Shown here: positions 19,075 through 30,715 of the stretch, piece by piece
Layout of the letters: every line of letters begins with the position of its first letter
How positions within the stretch are numbered: the stretch's first letter is position 1
IMG/VR virus record: IMGVR_UViG_3300045988_090087
Strand: one strand, 5' to 3'
Origin: a virus
Length of the DNA: 64,000 bases
Notes under the pieces: model-generated
Database searches by the model: none
What the model was told of the DNA's origin: nothing
The model's input: only the letters and a program-made list of their open reading frames with translations
Made by a program: the position numbers and the translations under genes

Positions 19075-19445
19075 AATTAAGACTGGACGAATATTATTAC
19101 ATACTTAACATAAATTATGGATGGGAAGAAATAGAAGACTATATGCCTGATGATATTGCAGACAAATATCTAGAATTTTGTGAATCCCATAACTCAGATG
19201 AAGTATATGATTATTTAAAAAGATTATATTCATATATACAGGTAATAAACCTCGAATATACTATTCTTGATATTGATTCAGAGAAAGGTTATGTTGAATA
19301 CAAGGCAATTATAAAAGTCAATAATAAGTATTATTCTTTTGATTATTATCAAAGTCCATATTGGAATTTTAAAGACACAGTAGATGAAGACACAGATTTA
19401 ACAGAAGTATTTCCAAAAGAAGTAACTACAGTTATATATGTATAA
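19071..19445 (+). CDS. Hypothetical protein
   Basis: 124-aa ORF. Confidence 0.55.
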   Translation: MKLRLDEYYYILNINYGWEEIEDYMPDDIADKYLEFCESHNSDEVYDYLKRLYSYIQVINLEYTILDIDSEKGYVEYKAIIKVNNKYYSFDYYQSPYWNFKDTVDEDTDLTEVFPKEVTTVIYV

Positions 19446-19466
19446 TCAATCAATAACTATATTAAT

Positions 19467-19776
19467 ATGAATGAATCTTTAAAAAAAATATTCTAATATA
19501 TTTAAACAAATAAAAGATTGCAAATATCCTGACATTACTGTAGAAATTGAAGACTATCCAAGATATAATCCATTTAATATTCATTTAATTATAAGAAATA
19601 AAGATAATCCTTGGTATATAAAATTTGTAACCTCTTCCCAATACCCTTATTATGAGGCATTATGTGGAGAAGAATTACAAAGATATATAAAAAATGCTAG
19701 ACAATTTTTTAAAACAACAAAGAATGAAAAAAATTTTTATTTTTCTAGTAGCTATGGCGTGCTTAACGTCTTGTAA
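19467..19776 (+). pseudogene. Frameshifted small ORF (about 102 aa if one A is skipped in the A8 run at 19481-19488)
   Basis: ATG AAT GAA TCT TTA AAA AAA (A) TAT TCT AAT ATA TTT AAA CAA...: unshifted reading stops after 9 codons, shifted reading is open for 102 codons. Confidence 0.45.
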
Positions 19777-20170
19777 AGAACAGTTTTCTAATGGAGAACG
19801 TGTTGGTACTGTAACTAAATTTAGTAAAGCAGGAGTTTTCTGGGATTCATGGGATGGATTACTTAATGTTACCCAGACTGGTATGAATTCTAGTGGAGAA
19901 CCATTTGCTTTTTCAATGGATAATGATCGTAATGATCAGCAAAAACTTATTGATACATTAGTTAAAGCCCAAGTAGAGGGTTGGAAAATTAAAATTAAAT
20001 ATCACCAAGTTTGGGGATGTAAAAATGTATTTAAAAATAGAGGAGAAAGTGATTATTTTGTAGATGATGTAATTATTCTTGATAAGAACTTCTCAAAAAT
20101 TGGAGATATTGTAAAGGGAACTAATAAAACAGTTCCTCATGATACATTATATGTAAAAATAGTTAAGTAA
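19724..20170 (+). CDS. Putative lipoprotein
   Basis: From ATG 19724: MKKIFIFLVAMACLTSCKEQ, a type II signal peptide with lipobox-like LTSC. Confidence 0.7.
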   Translation: MKKIFIFLVAMACLTSCKEQFSNGERVGTVTKFSKAGVFWDSWDGLLNVTQTGMNSSGEPFAFSMDNDRNDQQKLIDTLVKAQVEGWKIKIKYHQVWGCKNVFKNRGESDYFVDDVIILDKNFSKIGDIVKGTNKTVPHDTLYVKIVK

Positions 20171-20171
20171 C

Positions 20172-21059
20172 ATGAAGTTAATTAAACAGTCATTTGAATT
20201 TATCAATCAAACAGATTTCTCTTTAGTGGGAATTAAAAAGCATATTGAAAGATGTGCACGAGTTAGTTATAAAAGCGAAGATAAGATTACAGATACCTCT
20301 TATGAGAAGTTTGTAAATATGCTAGAGTCTAGAGGGCATGATAGACCTCTTGAGTTTGGCACTGTGTATTTATCTAGAACTTCTCAAAAAGAGGATAATA
20401 TGGAATGGCTTGACAAATATGCTTATAATCCTTGGAGTAAATTTAGTTTTGGAAATGGTAGTACTAGAATAAATGGAGAACTTAGAAATACTGTTTATGT
20501 GACTACTAATTACAGAGTGATTAAAGAGCATCATTGGGAGGATGACTTACAATATCTTTGTGAGCCTACTGAATATCATTATAAAAGATATACAATTCAC
20601 ATGATTCTCGATCGCGGAGTTATGGATGAGTTTAGAACTCATGTAGGATTGTCTCATTTGGCTGAAAGTACTCGTTATTGTAATTACTCCAAGGATAAAT
20701 TTGGCAATGAGATTACCTTTATTAAACCATGCTGGTGTAATATTCCTGAAGGAGACTATGATACGCCAGATTATACTCCTGATAGGCTACCTCGTATAGG
20801 AGCAGCAGAATCAGGACTTATTGACGCTCTTCAATATGCAGAATATTACTATTTCTTTCTTTTATCTGAAGGATGGACACCTCAGCAAGCTCGTTCTGTA
20901 CTTCCTCTAAGTATTAAGTCAGAACTTATCTCTTGTGGATTTGAAGATGTTTGGACTAATTTCTTTTACCGTAGAGATGCTCCTGATGCGCACCCAATGG
21001 CTCAAGAAATAGCTAAACCAATGCACAAAAAATTCATTGAATTAACTGAAATGAAATGA
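20172..21059 (+). CDS. thyX: Flavin-dependent thymidylate synthase (ThyX)
   Basis: FRTHVGLSHLAESTRY signature, ARSVLPLSIKSEL. Confidence 0.9.
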   Translation: MKLIKQSFEFINQTDFSLVGIKKHIERCARVSYKSEDKITDTSYEKFVNMLESRGHDRPLEFGTVYLSRTSQKEDNMEWLDKYAYNPWSKFSFGNGSTRINGELRNTVYVTTNYRVIKEHHWEDDLQYLCEPTEYHYKRYTIHMILDRGVMDEFRTHVGLSHLAESTRYCNYSKDKFGNEITFIKPCWCNIPEGDYDTPDYTPDRLPRIGAAESGLIDALQYAEYYYFFLLSEGWTPQQARSVLPLSIKSELISCGFEDVWTNFFYRRDAPDAHPMAQEIAKPMHKKFIELTEMK

Positions 21060-21295
21060 TTACTTTAATTATAATATACATAGCATCAATTATAGGAGCT
21101 ATATTAAGTATTAGATACGATGATGACTTTTTCGACGAAAAGCCTTGGACATTATTTTTAGTATTTTGTCCAGTAGTTAATACAGGTCTATCTATACTAG
21201 AATTAATCATACAACTATCATTATTATTGGATATAGTTATACATCTGAATTTAGATAAAAAATTTTATAAATTAATTAGGTTAGGACGAAAATAA
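21056..21295 (+). CDS. Small predicted membrane protein
   Basis: Two hydrophobic segments in 79 aa. Confidence 0.5.
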   Translation: MITLIIIYIASIIGAILSIRYDDDFFDEKPWTLFLVFCPVVNTGLSILELIIQLSLLLDIVIHLNLDKKFYKLIRLGRK

Positions 21296-21507
21296 TGAAT
21301 CAATCAATTCCTATTAGTTTATCATATAAAAGAAAACCTTTTGATGCTATGGATGGATTATCCTCAAGTGCATCCTATAATACTATGCCAGAATTCAATG
21401 GAGTTACTGAGGTATACTCTAATAGAAAGACTAATATAGATATTTTAGGAGCTAATAAAAATAGCTTCGATAAATCTTTAACAATATTTTATATTAATGT
21501 ACAGTAA
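21295..21507 (+). CDS. Hypothetical protein
   Basis: 70-aa ORF with TAATG overlap. Confidence 0.45.
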   Translation: MNQSIPISLSYKRKPFDAMDGLSSSASYNTMPEFNGVTEVYSNRKTNIDILGANKNSFDKSLTIFYINVQ

Positions 21508-22579
21508 TACAATACAAGCTAGAATAGAGGCAACATTAAAAGAATTATATAAAGTACATGATACTGTATTTAAACCAGCAGTGATGTATACTATGTATAG
21601 TAACATTCGTGCTTATTTTATAATATTAGATAAAGATAATAAAGCACAACTTTTAAATGCTTTTAATCCTAGAGTAGTAGAACATGAGGATAAATTAGAA
21701 TTAGATAGTGTAACTGATAGTCCTCGTATTTATCAAGAGTACTTCATAAAGGAATTTTCTGATAATGTAGATTATGGAATTTATATTGATGAAGATGAAA
21801 TAGGTCATTATTTTACAGCATATGGAGAAGTTCAAATATTTAGTACTTATATTCAAGTAAATTATAACGATTATAAGCAAGCTGAAAAACTTTTAGAATT
21901 TGTAAAACCACTACCTGAGGATACTGATAAAATTGTAACTTATGATTTAGTAGTATCTACTAATACAGGATTCAGTACTACGGAATGTACAAGTTCTAAA
22001 AATATTGATATTGATGTAAAAAAGAACTACAATGATGATTTACCTTATGATAAATATAAGGAGTTTTGTGAAAAAGACGGTTCTGGTTTAGCGCTAATGT
22101 TCGGAATTCCTGGAAGTGGAAAGACGAGCCTCATAAAAAAGCTTATTTATGATTGTTCTGATACTAATTTTTATATAATGGATTTTTCTATGTTACAAAA
22201 TATAATTTCAGGACAATTTTTATCTTTTCTCTTAGGATTAAAGAATGCTGTAATTATAATGGAAGATTGTGAATATGTATTAAAACGTAGAGATACTCAT
22301 GAAAATCCGCTGATTAATTCTCTTCTAAATATTACAGATGGATTAGTTGGGGATGCTTTAAACATACGATTTTTATGTACTTTTAATGCAGCATTAACAG
22401 ATATAGATGAAGCTTTATTAAGACCTGGAAGACTCAAAGTAAAATATGAGTTTAAAGCTCTAAATAAAGATAAAACTAAAGCTATATGTGGGGATGATAA
22501 AGCTGAAACTTTAGCAGAAATTTATAATAGAGATAAAATAGATTTTAATAAAAAGGAACAAAGAAAGATTGGTTTTTAA
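21497..22579 (+). CDS. AAA+ ATPase
   Basis: FGIPGSGKTSLIKKL, VIIMEDCEYV, FLCTFNA, DEALLRPGRLKVKYEF. Confidence 0.85.
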   Translation: MYSNTIQARIEATLKELYKVHDTVFKPAVMYTMYSNIRAYFIILDKDNKAQLLNAFNPRVVEHEDKLELDSVTDSPRIYQEYFIKEFSDNVDYGIYIDEDEIGHYFTAYGEVQIFSTYIQVNYNDYKQAEKLLEFVKPLPEDTDKIVTYDLVVSTNTGFSTTECTSSKNIDIDVKKNYNDDLPYDKYKEFCEKDGSGLALMFGIPGSGKTSLIKKLIYDCSDTNFYIMDFSMLQNIISGQFLSFLLGLKNAVIIMEDCEYVLKRRDTHENPLINSLLNITDGLVGDALNIRFLCTFNAALTDIDEALLRPGRLKVKYEFKALNKDKTKAICGDDKAETLAEIYNRDKIDFNKKEQRKIGF

Positions 22580-22778
22580 ATTATCAGATAAGGAGTGTCA
22601 AGCAGCTAAAGAGTTTATAAAAGAACATAATAAGCAGTGCGACACTCCTTATTCAGGAGCTAATGGTTGTCCAAAATTTAGTTATATATTCTCACCTTTT
22701 GGACTAGGTACTTTTGTAGGAATAAGATGTAATGTTTGTAAGAATGAAAAGGATATAACTGATATTAATACATGGTAA
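22569..22778 (+). CDS. Small Cys-rich protein
   Basis: Cys-containing ORF including GIRCNVCKNEK; possible TTG start. Confidence 0.45.
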   Translation: MVFKLSDKECQAAKEFIKEHNKQCDTPYSGANGCPKFSYIFSPFGLGTFVGIRCNVCKNEKDITDINTW

Positions 22779-23314
22779 TAATAGGAATTTCTGGAAAAGC
22801 TACTTCAGGTAAAGACACTGTAGCTAATTATTATAGTAGATTTAGTAAAGCACATTGTACTACTTTACATTTTGCAGATTCTTTAAAAGATTGCTGTCAA
22901 GGATTACTTATACCATTTGGTACTTATGATATGTCTCTACAAGAGACTAAGAAGTTAACTATTCCTTGGATGGGTAAAGGTTATACCGTTAGAAATTTAC
23001 TGCAAGATGTTGGCAATGCTTTTAGACAAAGTATTACTGAAGATTTTTGGGTAAATATTATGATTGGTAAGATTGCAGCTATTAAAAAGAATGGTTCTAT
23101 AGATACTATATTAATTCCAGATGTTCGCTATCCTAACGAATTTAAAATGATAAAAGATTTAGGAGGAGAAGTATGGAGAGTAGAAAGACCTAATATTACA
23201 TTAATGGACCACATTAGTGAGACAGCATTAGATGATTATACTTTTGATAAGATTATTCAAAATAATGGAACTATAACTGATTTACAAAATAAAATTAAAT
23301 GTCTAAGTATTTAG
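22772..23314 (+). CDS. Deoxynucleoside monophosphate kinase
   Basis: IGISGKATSGKDTVANY, FADSLKDCCQGLL, IPDVRYPNEFKMIKDLGGEVWRVERP; ends TAG TAA. Confidence 0.85.
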   Translation: MVIIGISGKATSGKDTVANYYSRFSKAHCTTLHFADSLKDCCQGLLIPFGTYDMSLQETKKLTIPWMGKGYTVRNLLQDVGNAFRQSITEDFWVNIMIGKIAAIKKNGSIDTILIPDVRYPNEFKMIKDLGGEVWRVERPNITLMDHISETALDDYTFDKIIQNNGTITDLQNKIKCLSI

Positions 23315-23475
23315 TAACTACTAGTAAAGATGTAATTAAATATATATCTTATATTGTAGAAGCCAACTCTCAAGAAGAAGCTGAAGAAAATTGGTGGAGA
23401 GGAGAAATGGCAGATGAATGGTATGAATCATCAGGAGATACTTATGTTGAAGAATCTGAAGAAGTAACAGACTAA
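23299..23475 (+). CDS. Small hypothetical protein (58 aa)
   Basis: MSKYLVTTSKDVIKYISYIVEANSQEEAEENWWRGEMADEWYESSGD...; overlaps both neighbours by a few nt. Confidence 0.6.
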   Translation: MSKYLVTTSKDVIKYISYIVEANSQEEAEENWWRGEMADEWYESSGDTYVEESEEVTD

Positions 23476-23687
23476 TGTTTAAAATAAATTTATTAGACGT
23501 AAATGTAGTAGAAGCACAAAAGTGCTGTGATTATTTTGATCAAGGATATGTTTATACAGAAGAAATATATCCGGAGTTGTTTAATAATCCACATGCTAAA
23601 ATTACTATGGTGGGAAAAATAGATATCAGTATATTACAAGATTTAGTAGAAGAAAATAATTTAATTAATACCTTATATTGGTATTAA
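23475..23687 (+). CDS. Hypothetical protein, last early gene
   Basis: 70-aa ORF immediately before the hairpin. Confidence 0.5.
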   Translation: MFKINLLDVNVVEAQKCCDYFDQGYVYTEEIYPELFNNPHAKITMVGKIDISILQDLVEENNLINTLYWY

Positions 23688-23697
23688 ACATTTAAAG

Positions 23698-23745
23698 GGG
23701 CGTAGCTCAGGAGAAATCCTGGGTTACGCCCCTTATTTTTTTTAA
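23698..23745 (+). terminator. Strong hairpin terminator at convergence of early and late regions
   Basis: GGGGCGTAGCTCAGG-AGAAAT-CCTGGGTTACGCCCC, 15-bp stem allowing two G.U pairs, then TTATTTTTTTT on +. Confidence 0.85.
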
Positions 23746-26700
23746 TTTTCTTTATAATAAGCTTTAGTAGCCTACTTATACATAGCTAATGACGGAACAT
23801 TATTTACAATATATTCACCCCAATGTTTATTAGGGTCTGTAGCAGTATTGAACATATTTTTAATTAACTATGTTGGATAACTCTAGTATGGTATAGTCAT
23901 ACCATCACTTGCACCACTTCCAGCAAAATACTCTGGAATAACGAACAACTCGTGAAAGTTCTAAGTAGACTATTTACCTCCATTATATACTACATAAGTC
24001 ATAGCGCTTGCTAATACATCATCACTACTATAAGATTTCATTATTTCTTTATATCCAGGATCGAATATGTTTTTAAATAAAATACTCATAAAAGCAGCCC
24101 ATAATAAATTAACAAAAGCTTTTCTAAGATTAGCCTTATCATTAGGATTAGCATTTAACATTTCTTTTATTTTTTTAATTTTGTCATCCTAATTAGTATC
24201 AGATAATATTCCTAATATATCACCAAAAGTATAAATTATTCCCTAAACTACTATAGGTATATTATCCATTACTGGAATTCCTGTATTTTCTGTAGTAATA
24301 GTTCCATCTTCAGTAAAATATAATAGTTGCCCTGCTTCATTTTTCTACTATTCTAATTTATCTCCTTTTATAACTCTCTTTTTACTAAACCAGTTAGCGA
24401 TAATACCATTAGAATATGTAGTAAACTAAGCAAAAGACATACCTATAGCCATGTTTTCTGCCATCATTCTACCACCTCTATCATAATTACCATATATACT
24501 ATCAGCAACTTGCTTAATTTTATCAATAGTTTCTAATGAATAAGGTGATGGAAGATCTTCATTATATCCAATAGGTGAATCAATATGTTCTTTATTATAG
24601 GCTCGTATAGTTGATAAATATAATGACTTAGCTTTATTATATTTTTCACTTCCTTTAGGGGCTTTTAATATATCTTGAAATCTTTTATCTTTTTTCCAGT
24701 CATATTTAATTTTACCATCTTTATCTAAAGATAAAGCATCCCAAACACCATCCTATAAAGCTCTTGCTACAAATAGAGTCATTCTATTTAAAAAATCAGG
24801 GCGTTTCATGGTATTATAAGCTATATCATCCCAATGGTTAATACCACTTTTATCAGTTCTTAATCCATTAGCAATGTTGGCAAAGTCTAAGTTAGATAAA
24901 CCATATTTAATACATAATTGATTTAATAAAGAGATAGTTCTTACATTAGTACAACTACCCTTCATTACTATATAATACGCGGCTGTTAAATTAGCCGTAG
25001 AAATATCTGTACCATACTTAGTAGCAGATTTAATATAGTTCTATTGGAATCCTTCTAAGGTATCTCTAAACATAGATTTAATATTAAAACTTAAAAACAT
25101 CTTAGATACAAAATGCTTAATAGGATTAATTACTGTAAAGAATTTTTTAGAAGTTTCCTCTAATATAGTATCATTAAATACATTTACAGTTAAATATTTA
25201 TCAGCCTCTTTCTAAAACCATTCAAGATATTTAAAATTTCCAGAATTTAAAGCCAACATTTTAGCCTAGAACATTACTGACTTAATTAATATTAATGATT
25301 TATTAAATTCTTGGGTTAATATATTAGCATTAATATAACTATATAACAATGCTGGAATATTAGTTTCCCAATAATCATTAGTATGTTGATTTAATATTTC
25401 CTACCTAACATTTTTATCAGAAGACATACTAGAAGCAAAAGGATTAGTTACTCCATTTTCGAATCTATCTCTCATAGATACATTAGCCCCTTCTTTATCT
25501 AAAGTTTGTTGCCATTTAGCAAATACATTATCTTCTTTAGAGGTAAGTCCTTTAATAGTATCAAAAAATTGATTTACACCATTCTTTAGTGATTTTACGG
25601 ATAAAGTAGGAGAAGCTCTTTTTAAAGGTACATAACGTAATACTTCCTATTCTTCTACAGCTTTAGCAAATTCTGGATCTTCATAGCTTGTAAAATCAAA
25701 TTTTTTATTATGCATAGAGTATGTTACTTTAGCAAGCTCGAATAAAGCTTTTTTAAGAAAAAGTTTTTCATGAGAACTCATGTAATTAGCAGCATCATTC
25801 TTATAAGGATTTTTAAACATCATTATTTTTTCTCCCCTATCATTATGCATAAACATATTATCGAAATATTTGTTTTCATCTCCTATTAAAGACCCTTCTA
25901 CTGTAGAATATCCTGCCTATTTAAAATAATCTCTAGTAAAATTTTGAATAGGATTTGCAGCATCCATCACTCTTTCGTTAGCTCTGAAAGTTGTCTAAGT
26001 AACAATTTGTTTAATAGTTCTATAATTATTATCTGAATTAGCATCAGGTTTTATTATATTACTTTCTAGCCAACTTAGGGGTTTATATTTAGTTTCTACA
26101 TAGACTCCCATTAACTTGTTATATTCATAACATGCCTAATTATAAATATTAGCTAACATCTTAGTATTATCGTTGGCATAAGTTAAATCAGATGTTCCAT
26201 TTTGCAGATTTTTTATTACGGGATTATTCTATAAATATTCAAGAAAAGATTGTAAAGCAGCTCTTCTAGCTGATTCAGAGTTAGCATTTTCTAACTATTC
26301 CTTAGCATCTTTTAATTTATAACGTATAGGATTAGTTTCTAAATAAGAAGAAGTAGTTAAGAAATTACTTATATAATCAGTAATTAATTCATACTAATCT
26401 ACAAAGTTGATATTGTCAAAATTATTATTTAACTTTACTCCACTATTATATTTATTTACTACTTCTAATATAGGTGAATAATATTTAGTAATTAAATCTG
26501 AAGCAGTACTATACATTCCCTAACCTCTACCATAAGTAGATATTACCTAAATATTACCTAATTTAAAATTACCATCTAATTGTGGTAATATCTCATTTAA
26601 TATATTTAATGTACGAATCTATTCCATATGTCCAAAAGAACAGTCATAATTATATAGATTACCAGATTGATTATCCATAATATAACTATTCATAATATTT

Positions 26701-28397
26701 GAACCATTACTTCTATGTTTATTTACCTCATATAGATTATAATTAGCTAATGATACTACATCTATCTATCCTTTACTATTCTGAAACAATAAAATGTGGG
26801 CATTTCTTAAAGCTTCATTATCAATAATATTCCATTCATATACTGGATCTCCTCCTATATAAGTAGGTTCAATATATTTACCAAGTAAAGAAACTAATCT
26901 ATAATTACTTCTTTTAAAAGCTTCAAATGTAGTATTCTAAGGATTGTGTCTTGCTACCTAAATCTATTTTACTAAAGTATCAAGTACTGTACTTATCTAT
27001 TTTTCCTTTTTATCAAATTCTTTCTATAATAATTCTTTTAATTCAATATTATTTTTAGGTAAAGAATCTTCTTTTATTTTATGAATTTCTCCGTCAATAG
27101 TTACAGCATAATTATATCCCTATGGATCATCTTCTAGTTTTACTATATCACCAGTACCAGTTCTAGGATTATATTGTTGAGAAATATAACTATCAATAGT
27201 TTTAGTAATTCTATTCTAAGTAATATTAGCATTTAAAAACATTAAATTAGTTTTATCTAATGCTGTCTATATTTTGTCATCAATATTACCAAAACTTAAA
27301 TCAGGAGTATCTATATAAGCTTCAACTGCCTCATCTATATTTCCTAACTAGTACTCTCCTTGGACCTAGATATTTTTTGGATAATCCATACGAATATCTT
27401 TTATAGAACCATCATCATTATATACTATCTATGTAGGAATTAAATGTAAACTAATTTTATTAGCATTAAATCCTTTAGCCTATAATATTTTCTTTAAAAA
27501 AGCTAGTTCTAATTCAAATTTCTACTTCTTTATTTTTATCCAATATTCATAAGGCTAACTAGATACTACATTCTAATATATAGCAATATTTCCATATTTA
27601 TCTACAATTATCTAGTCTATGTGTCCACGTAATTTTATTCCATCTTTTGTTAATGCATGAGTAACTGCAATATTACGCACTCGACTAGTACTAGTTCCCA
27701 TTTTATTTTCTCTAGCAGTTATTATTCTAGACTATAAAATTTGAGAACCTAAATTATTATTATTACCAACACTTTGTAAAACTCTATTAAAGCTATTTAA
27801 TAAAGATTCCTAAAAATCAGTACTTAAATTACTCAACTTACGTTTAGTAATATCTTCAGTTAATTTTGTTATCTATTTACCTATAAGTAAAGATACTTGC
27901 ACATTCCAAGTATATGGATCATTTACATTTGAAATCTCTAAGTTATTAACTAAATAATGTATTACATAAGCATCAGCTCCGACTAATTTAAATCTTTCAA
28001 ATTCTTGAGCTATCTAATCTTCAGTATAACCTCTTTTTCTTAAAGCATCTTTATAATTTTCATCATTCATTTTAGTATAATACTTCTAATTTGGATCAAA
28101 GTACTAACTATCTAAGAAATGCTAAATATTATATACTCCTGATTCTGGATCATCAGCTACTACATTACCCCATTTATCAAAAATAAGAGGACTAGATTTT
28201 AAATTTACTAGTTTATTATATACCTCAGTTTGTGCTGAAAATAAAGTGTCGCTATATTTAGTTAAATCTATATTATCAGATATTAAATTATGTAATTCAA
28301 AATAAGATAATCCTTCATCTCCTGCTAGTTTACTAAATATCTGATATAATTCATCAGATTTTTTAGATACCCCTTTAAAAAAATATTTACAACTCAT
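23742..28397 (-). CDS. Giant late protein (about 1551 aa), TAG read as Gln; probable virion/RNAP-associated protein
   Basis: ATG 28397 with AGGAG upstream, MSCKYFFKGVSKKSDELYQIF...; track fragments at 23970, 24753, 25647, 28122 share one frame; ends ...AYYKEN TAA. Confidence 0.8.
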
Positions 28398-30715
28398 TGA
28401 CAAATCTCCTAAATAATATTATTTTGTAATGCTGTCTTTAAAAAGTTAGTAATCTAACGTTCTGTATTATTAGTATTTATTTTATAAGAACTATTTACAG
28501 CAAAATCTGTAAAATCTAAAATATTTTCTTTTAAATCCTAGTTAAAAGTGTTATTCTAAATAAATTTTCTAAAATCTCTAAATATTTTAGGGTATGTATT
28601 AGGATTTAATGAAGTAAGATATTCTCCCATTATATTAGCAGCAACTTCTTCATATAAATCAATTCTAGCTAAATCAGAATATTCAGAAACATTTTGATAC
28701 TCCTATAATTGCTACTGTCCCTATTCAGTGTTTTCTACTAAATCTTGTAATAAATCAAAATAATCTTCCTACAAATCTGGCTAGCTTTTTACAATACCCA
28801 TAAATACGTGCATATATTCATGTGCTACATCTTGTTTAGTAGCTAATTCAAGATTAATTACAATTTCATTATTACTAATAAAAGCCTTTTTATCAGCAAA
28901 CTATTCACCATAATTTTCAGATATAGCCTATTTATTTAATACCTAAGTTGGTATTCCAAATCTAGACTCAATCTTATTAGCAAAATAAGTTAATCTCTAA
29001 GGCATAGAAACCCATCCTATAGGACTGCTAGTAGCACTTCTTACATTAGGTATTTGTTGTAACTATATAGTATACTATAAGCCCTAACTCTAGTCTACGT
29101 TATTAACATAGTAATAATTATAATTATTAAGATTATCAACAAATTCTGTTAAATCCTCCTACACACCTTTATCTATACCTTCTTGTACTTTAGCCGCTGT
29201 TAATAAAATTTTTTCTAAGCTATCTAACTAAGTAGTATCTACAGTGTCATTATGTTTTTGTATAAACTTTAATCCCTATTCGGCGTTATAGTTCTAAATC
29301 TCTTTAGTAAATGCTTTAGAATTTATCTAAACATTTATAGCTCTAATAACCTAACCAGGTAATATGGTAGAGTTATGAGTAGATAAACTAAACTATACAC
29401 CATGTTCATTAGGCATATATAAGTCTAATAGTAATCCTTTTTTTAAAATATCTTCTTTAAAAGACTTATCAATAAAATCTCTAGCTTGCTATAAACTATC
29501 ATAAGTTTTTCCTACATTCTAATCAGTAAAAACTCCTCTAGCTACCATAAATTTAGTAGTACCATTTATTACTGCCGAATATATATTATAACCTTTGTAT
29601 TCCTATTCCTGATGAGGATATGCCTCTTTAGATGCTATAGTATATCCATATTTAGTTTCAAATGTAGAAGGCTAAATATTAAAATATATATTACCATTAT
29701 AAATAGCTTCTATCTAAATACCTTTAGTACTTAAATTTTCCTAACCATCAGTGTTCCAAAATAACTATCGTAATACTGAATTTACTTTAATCTATATAGC
29801 ACTTGGATCAGGATTATCTTTTGAAAAATACTTTTCATATAATTCAGGAGAAGCCTATTTTGTTAATGTTTTTAATTGCTATAAAGTGATAGCTCTATAA
29901 GTAATTTCATTAAATTTTTTATAAGAAGTATGCATCATTAGAGCATTAGCAAAAGGAGTTCCATATTCTCTAGGAGGGTCATAATCATTTAAAGAATTTA
30001 ATGCTTCTTTTATTTTTCTAATACGTTCTACATTTTGTTTAAAGTTAGCATTTTTTCCTGATAATAAATATTCATAAAAACTTTCAGGATTCTATAAATA
30101 TTTAGCAAGAACTTCTCTGGCAGTTTTAATACTTCCTTCGTATTCTCCTATGACTTTTTTACTAGAAGATTTAGTAAAAAAATATGATGAAAACTTTCTT
30201 AACCAAGCTTCATCAGATTGCTCTAATTCCTATATAAAATTTATAAAGTTACTTGGAATATCGTTATCCTAAATTGTTTTAAGTTTATTTAAATAATTTA
30301 TAAACTATTTTTCTCCGCCTCTTTGTACTATATATAAATCATTACCCTAAACATCTTTAGTAGAATATACTAAAGAAGTGTCAGTTCCATTAGTTTTTAT
30401 TTCATCCACATATAATACATTTATATTTTCTAATTCAGGAGCTGTAGGAAACTTATTACGAAATTCTCTATAAGTCATATTCGGAAGGAAAAACTATTTA
30501 CTGTCAGTAAGTCCTTCCATATCTTTATTTACGTATATTGAAGTATTATTAATACCCTAAGCACGTATAGCATTAATAAATTCTTCAGTCTTACCCTATT
30601 TATTTATTTCCTATATAAGATTGGAGTAATCATAAAAACTTTGGATGGAATCTTCTTCTATTCCATCCAAAGTAATTTTATTACTACCAATATTTAATGT
30701 GATAGTACAACTCAT
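28394..30715 (-). CDS. Late protein (about 773 aa, TAG=Gln) with HExxH metallopeptidase motif
   Basis: MSCTITLNIGSNKITLDGIEEDSIQSFYDYSN...; DVAHEYMHVFMG...DLYEEVAANIMGEYL; ends ...QEICQ TGA in ATGA overlap. Confidence 0.78.

Noticed and set aside
23698-23734. tRNA-like start GGGGCGTAGCTCAGG
   Set aside because: The sequence folds as one continuous 15-bp hairpin followed by a T run; there are no anticodon or T arms.
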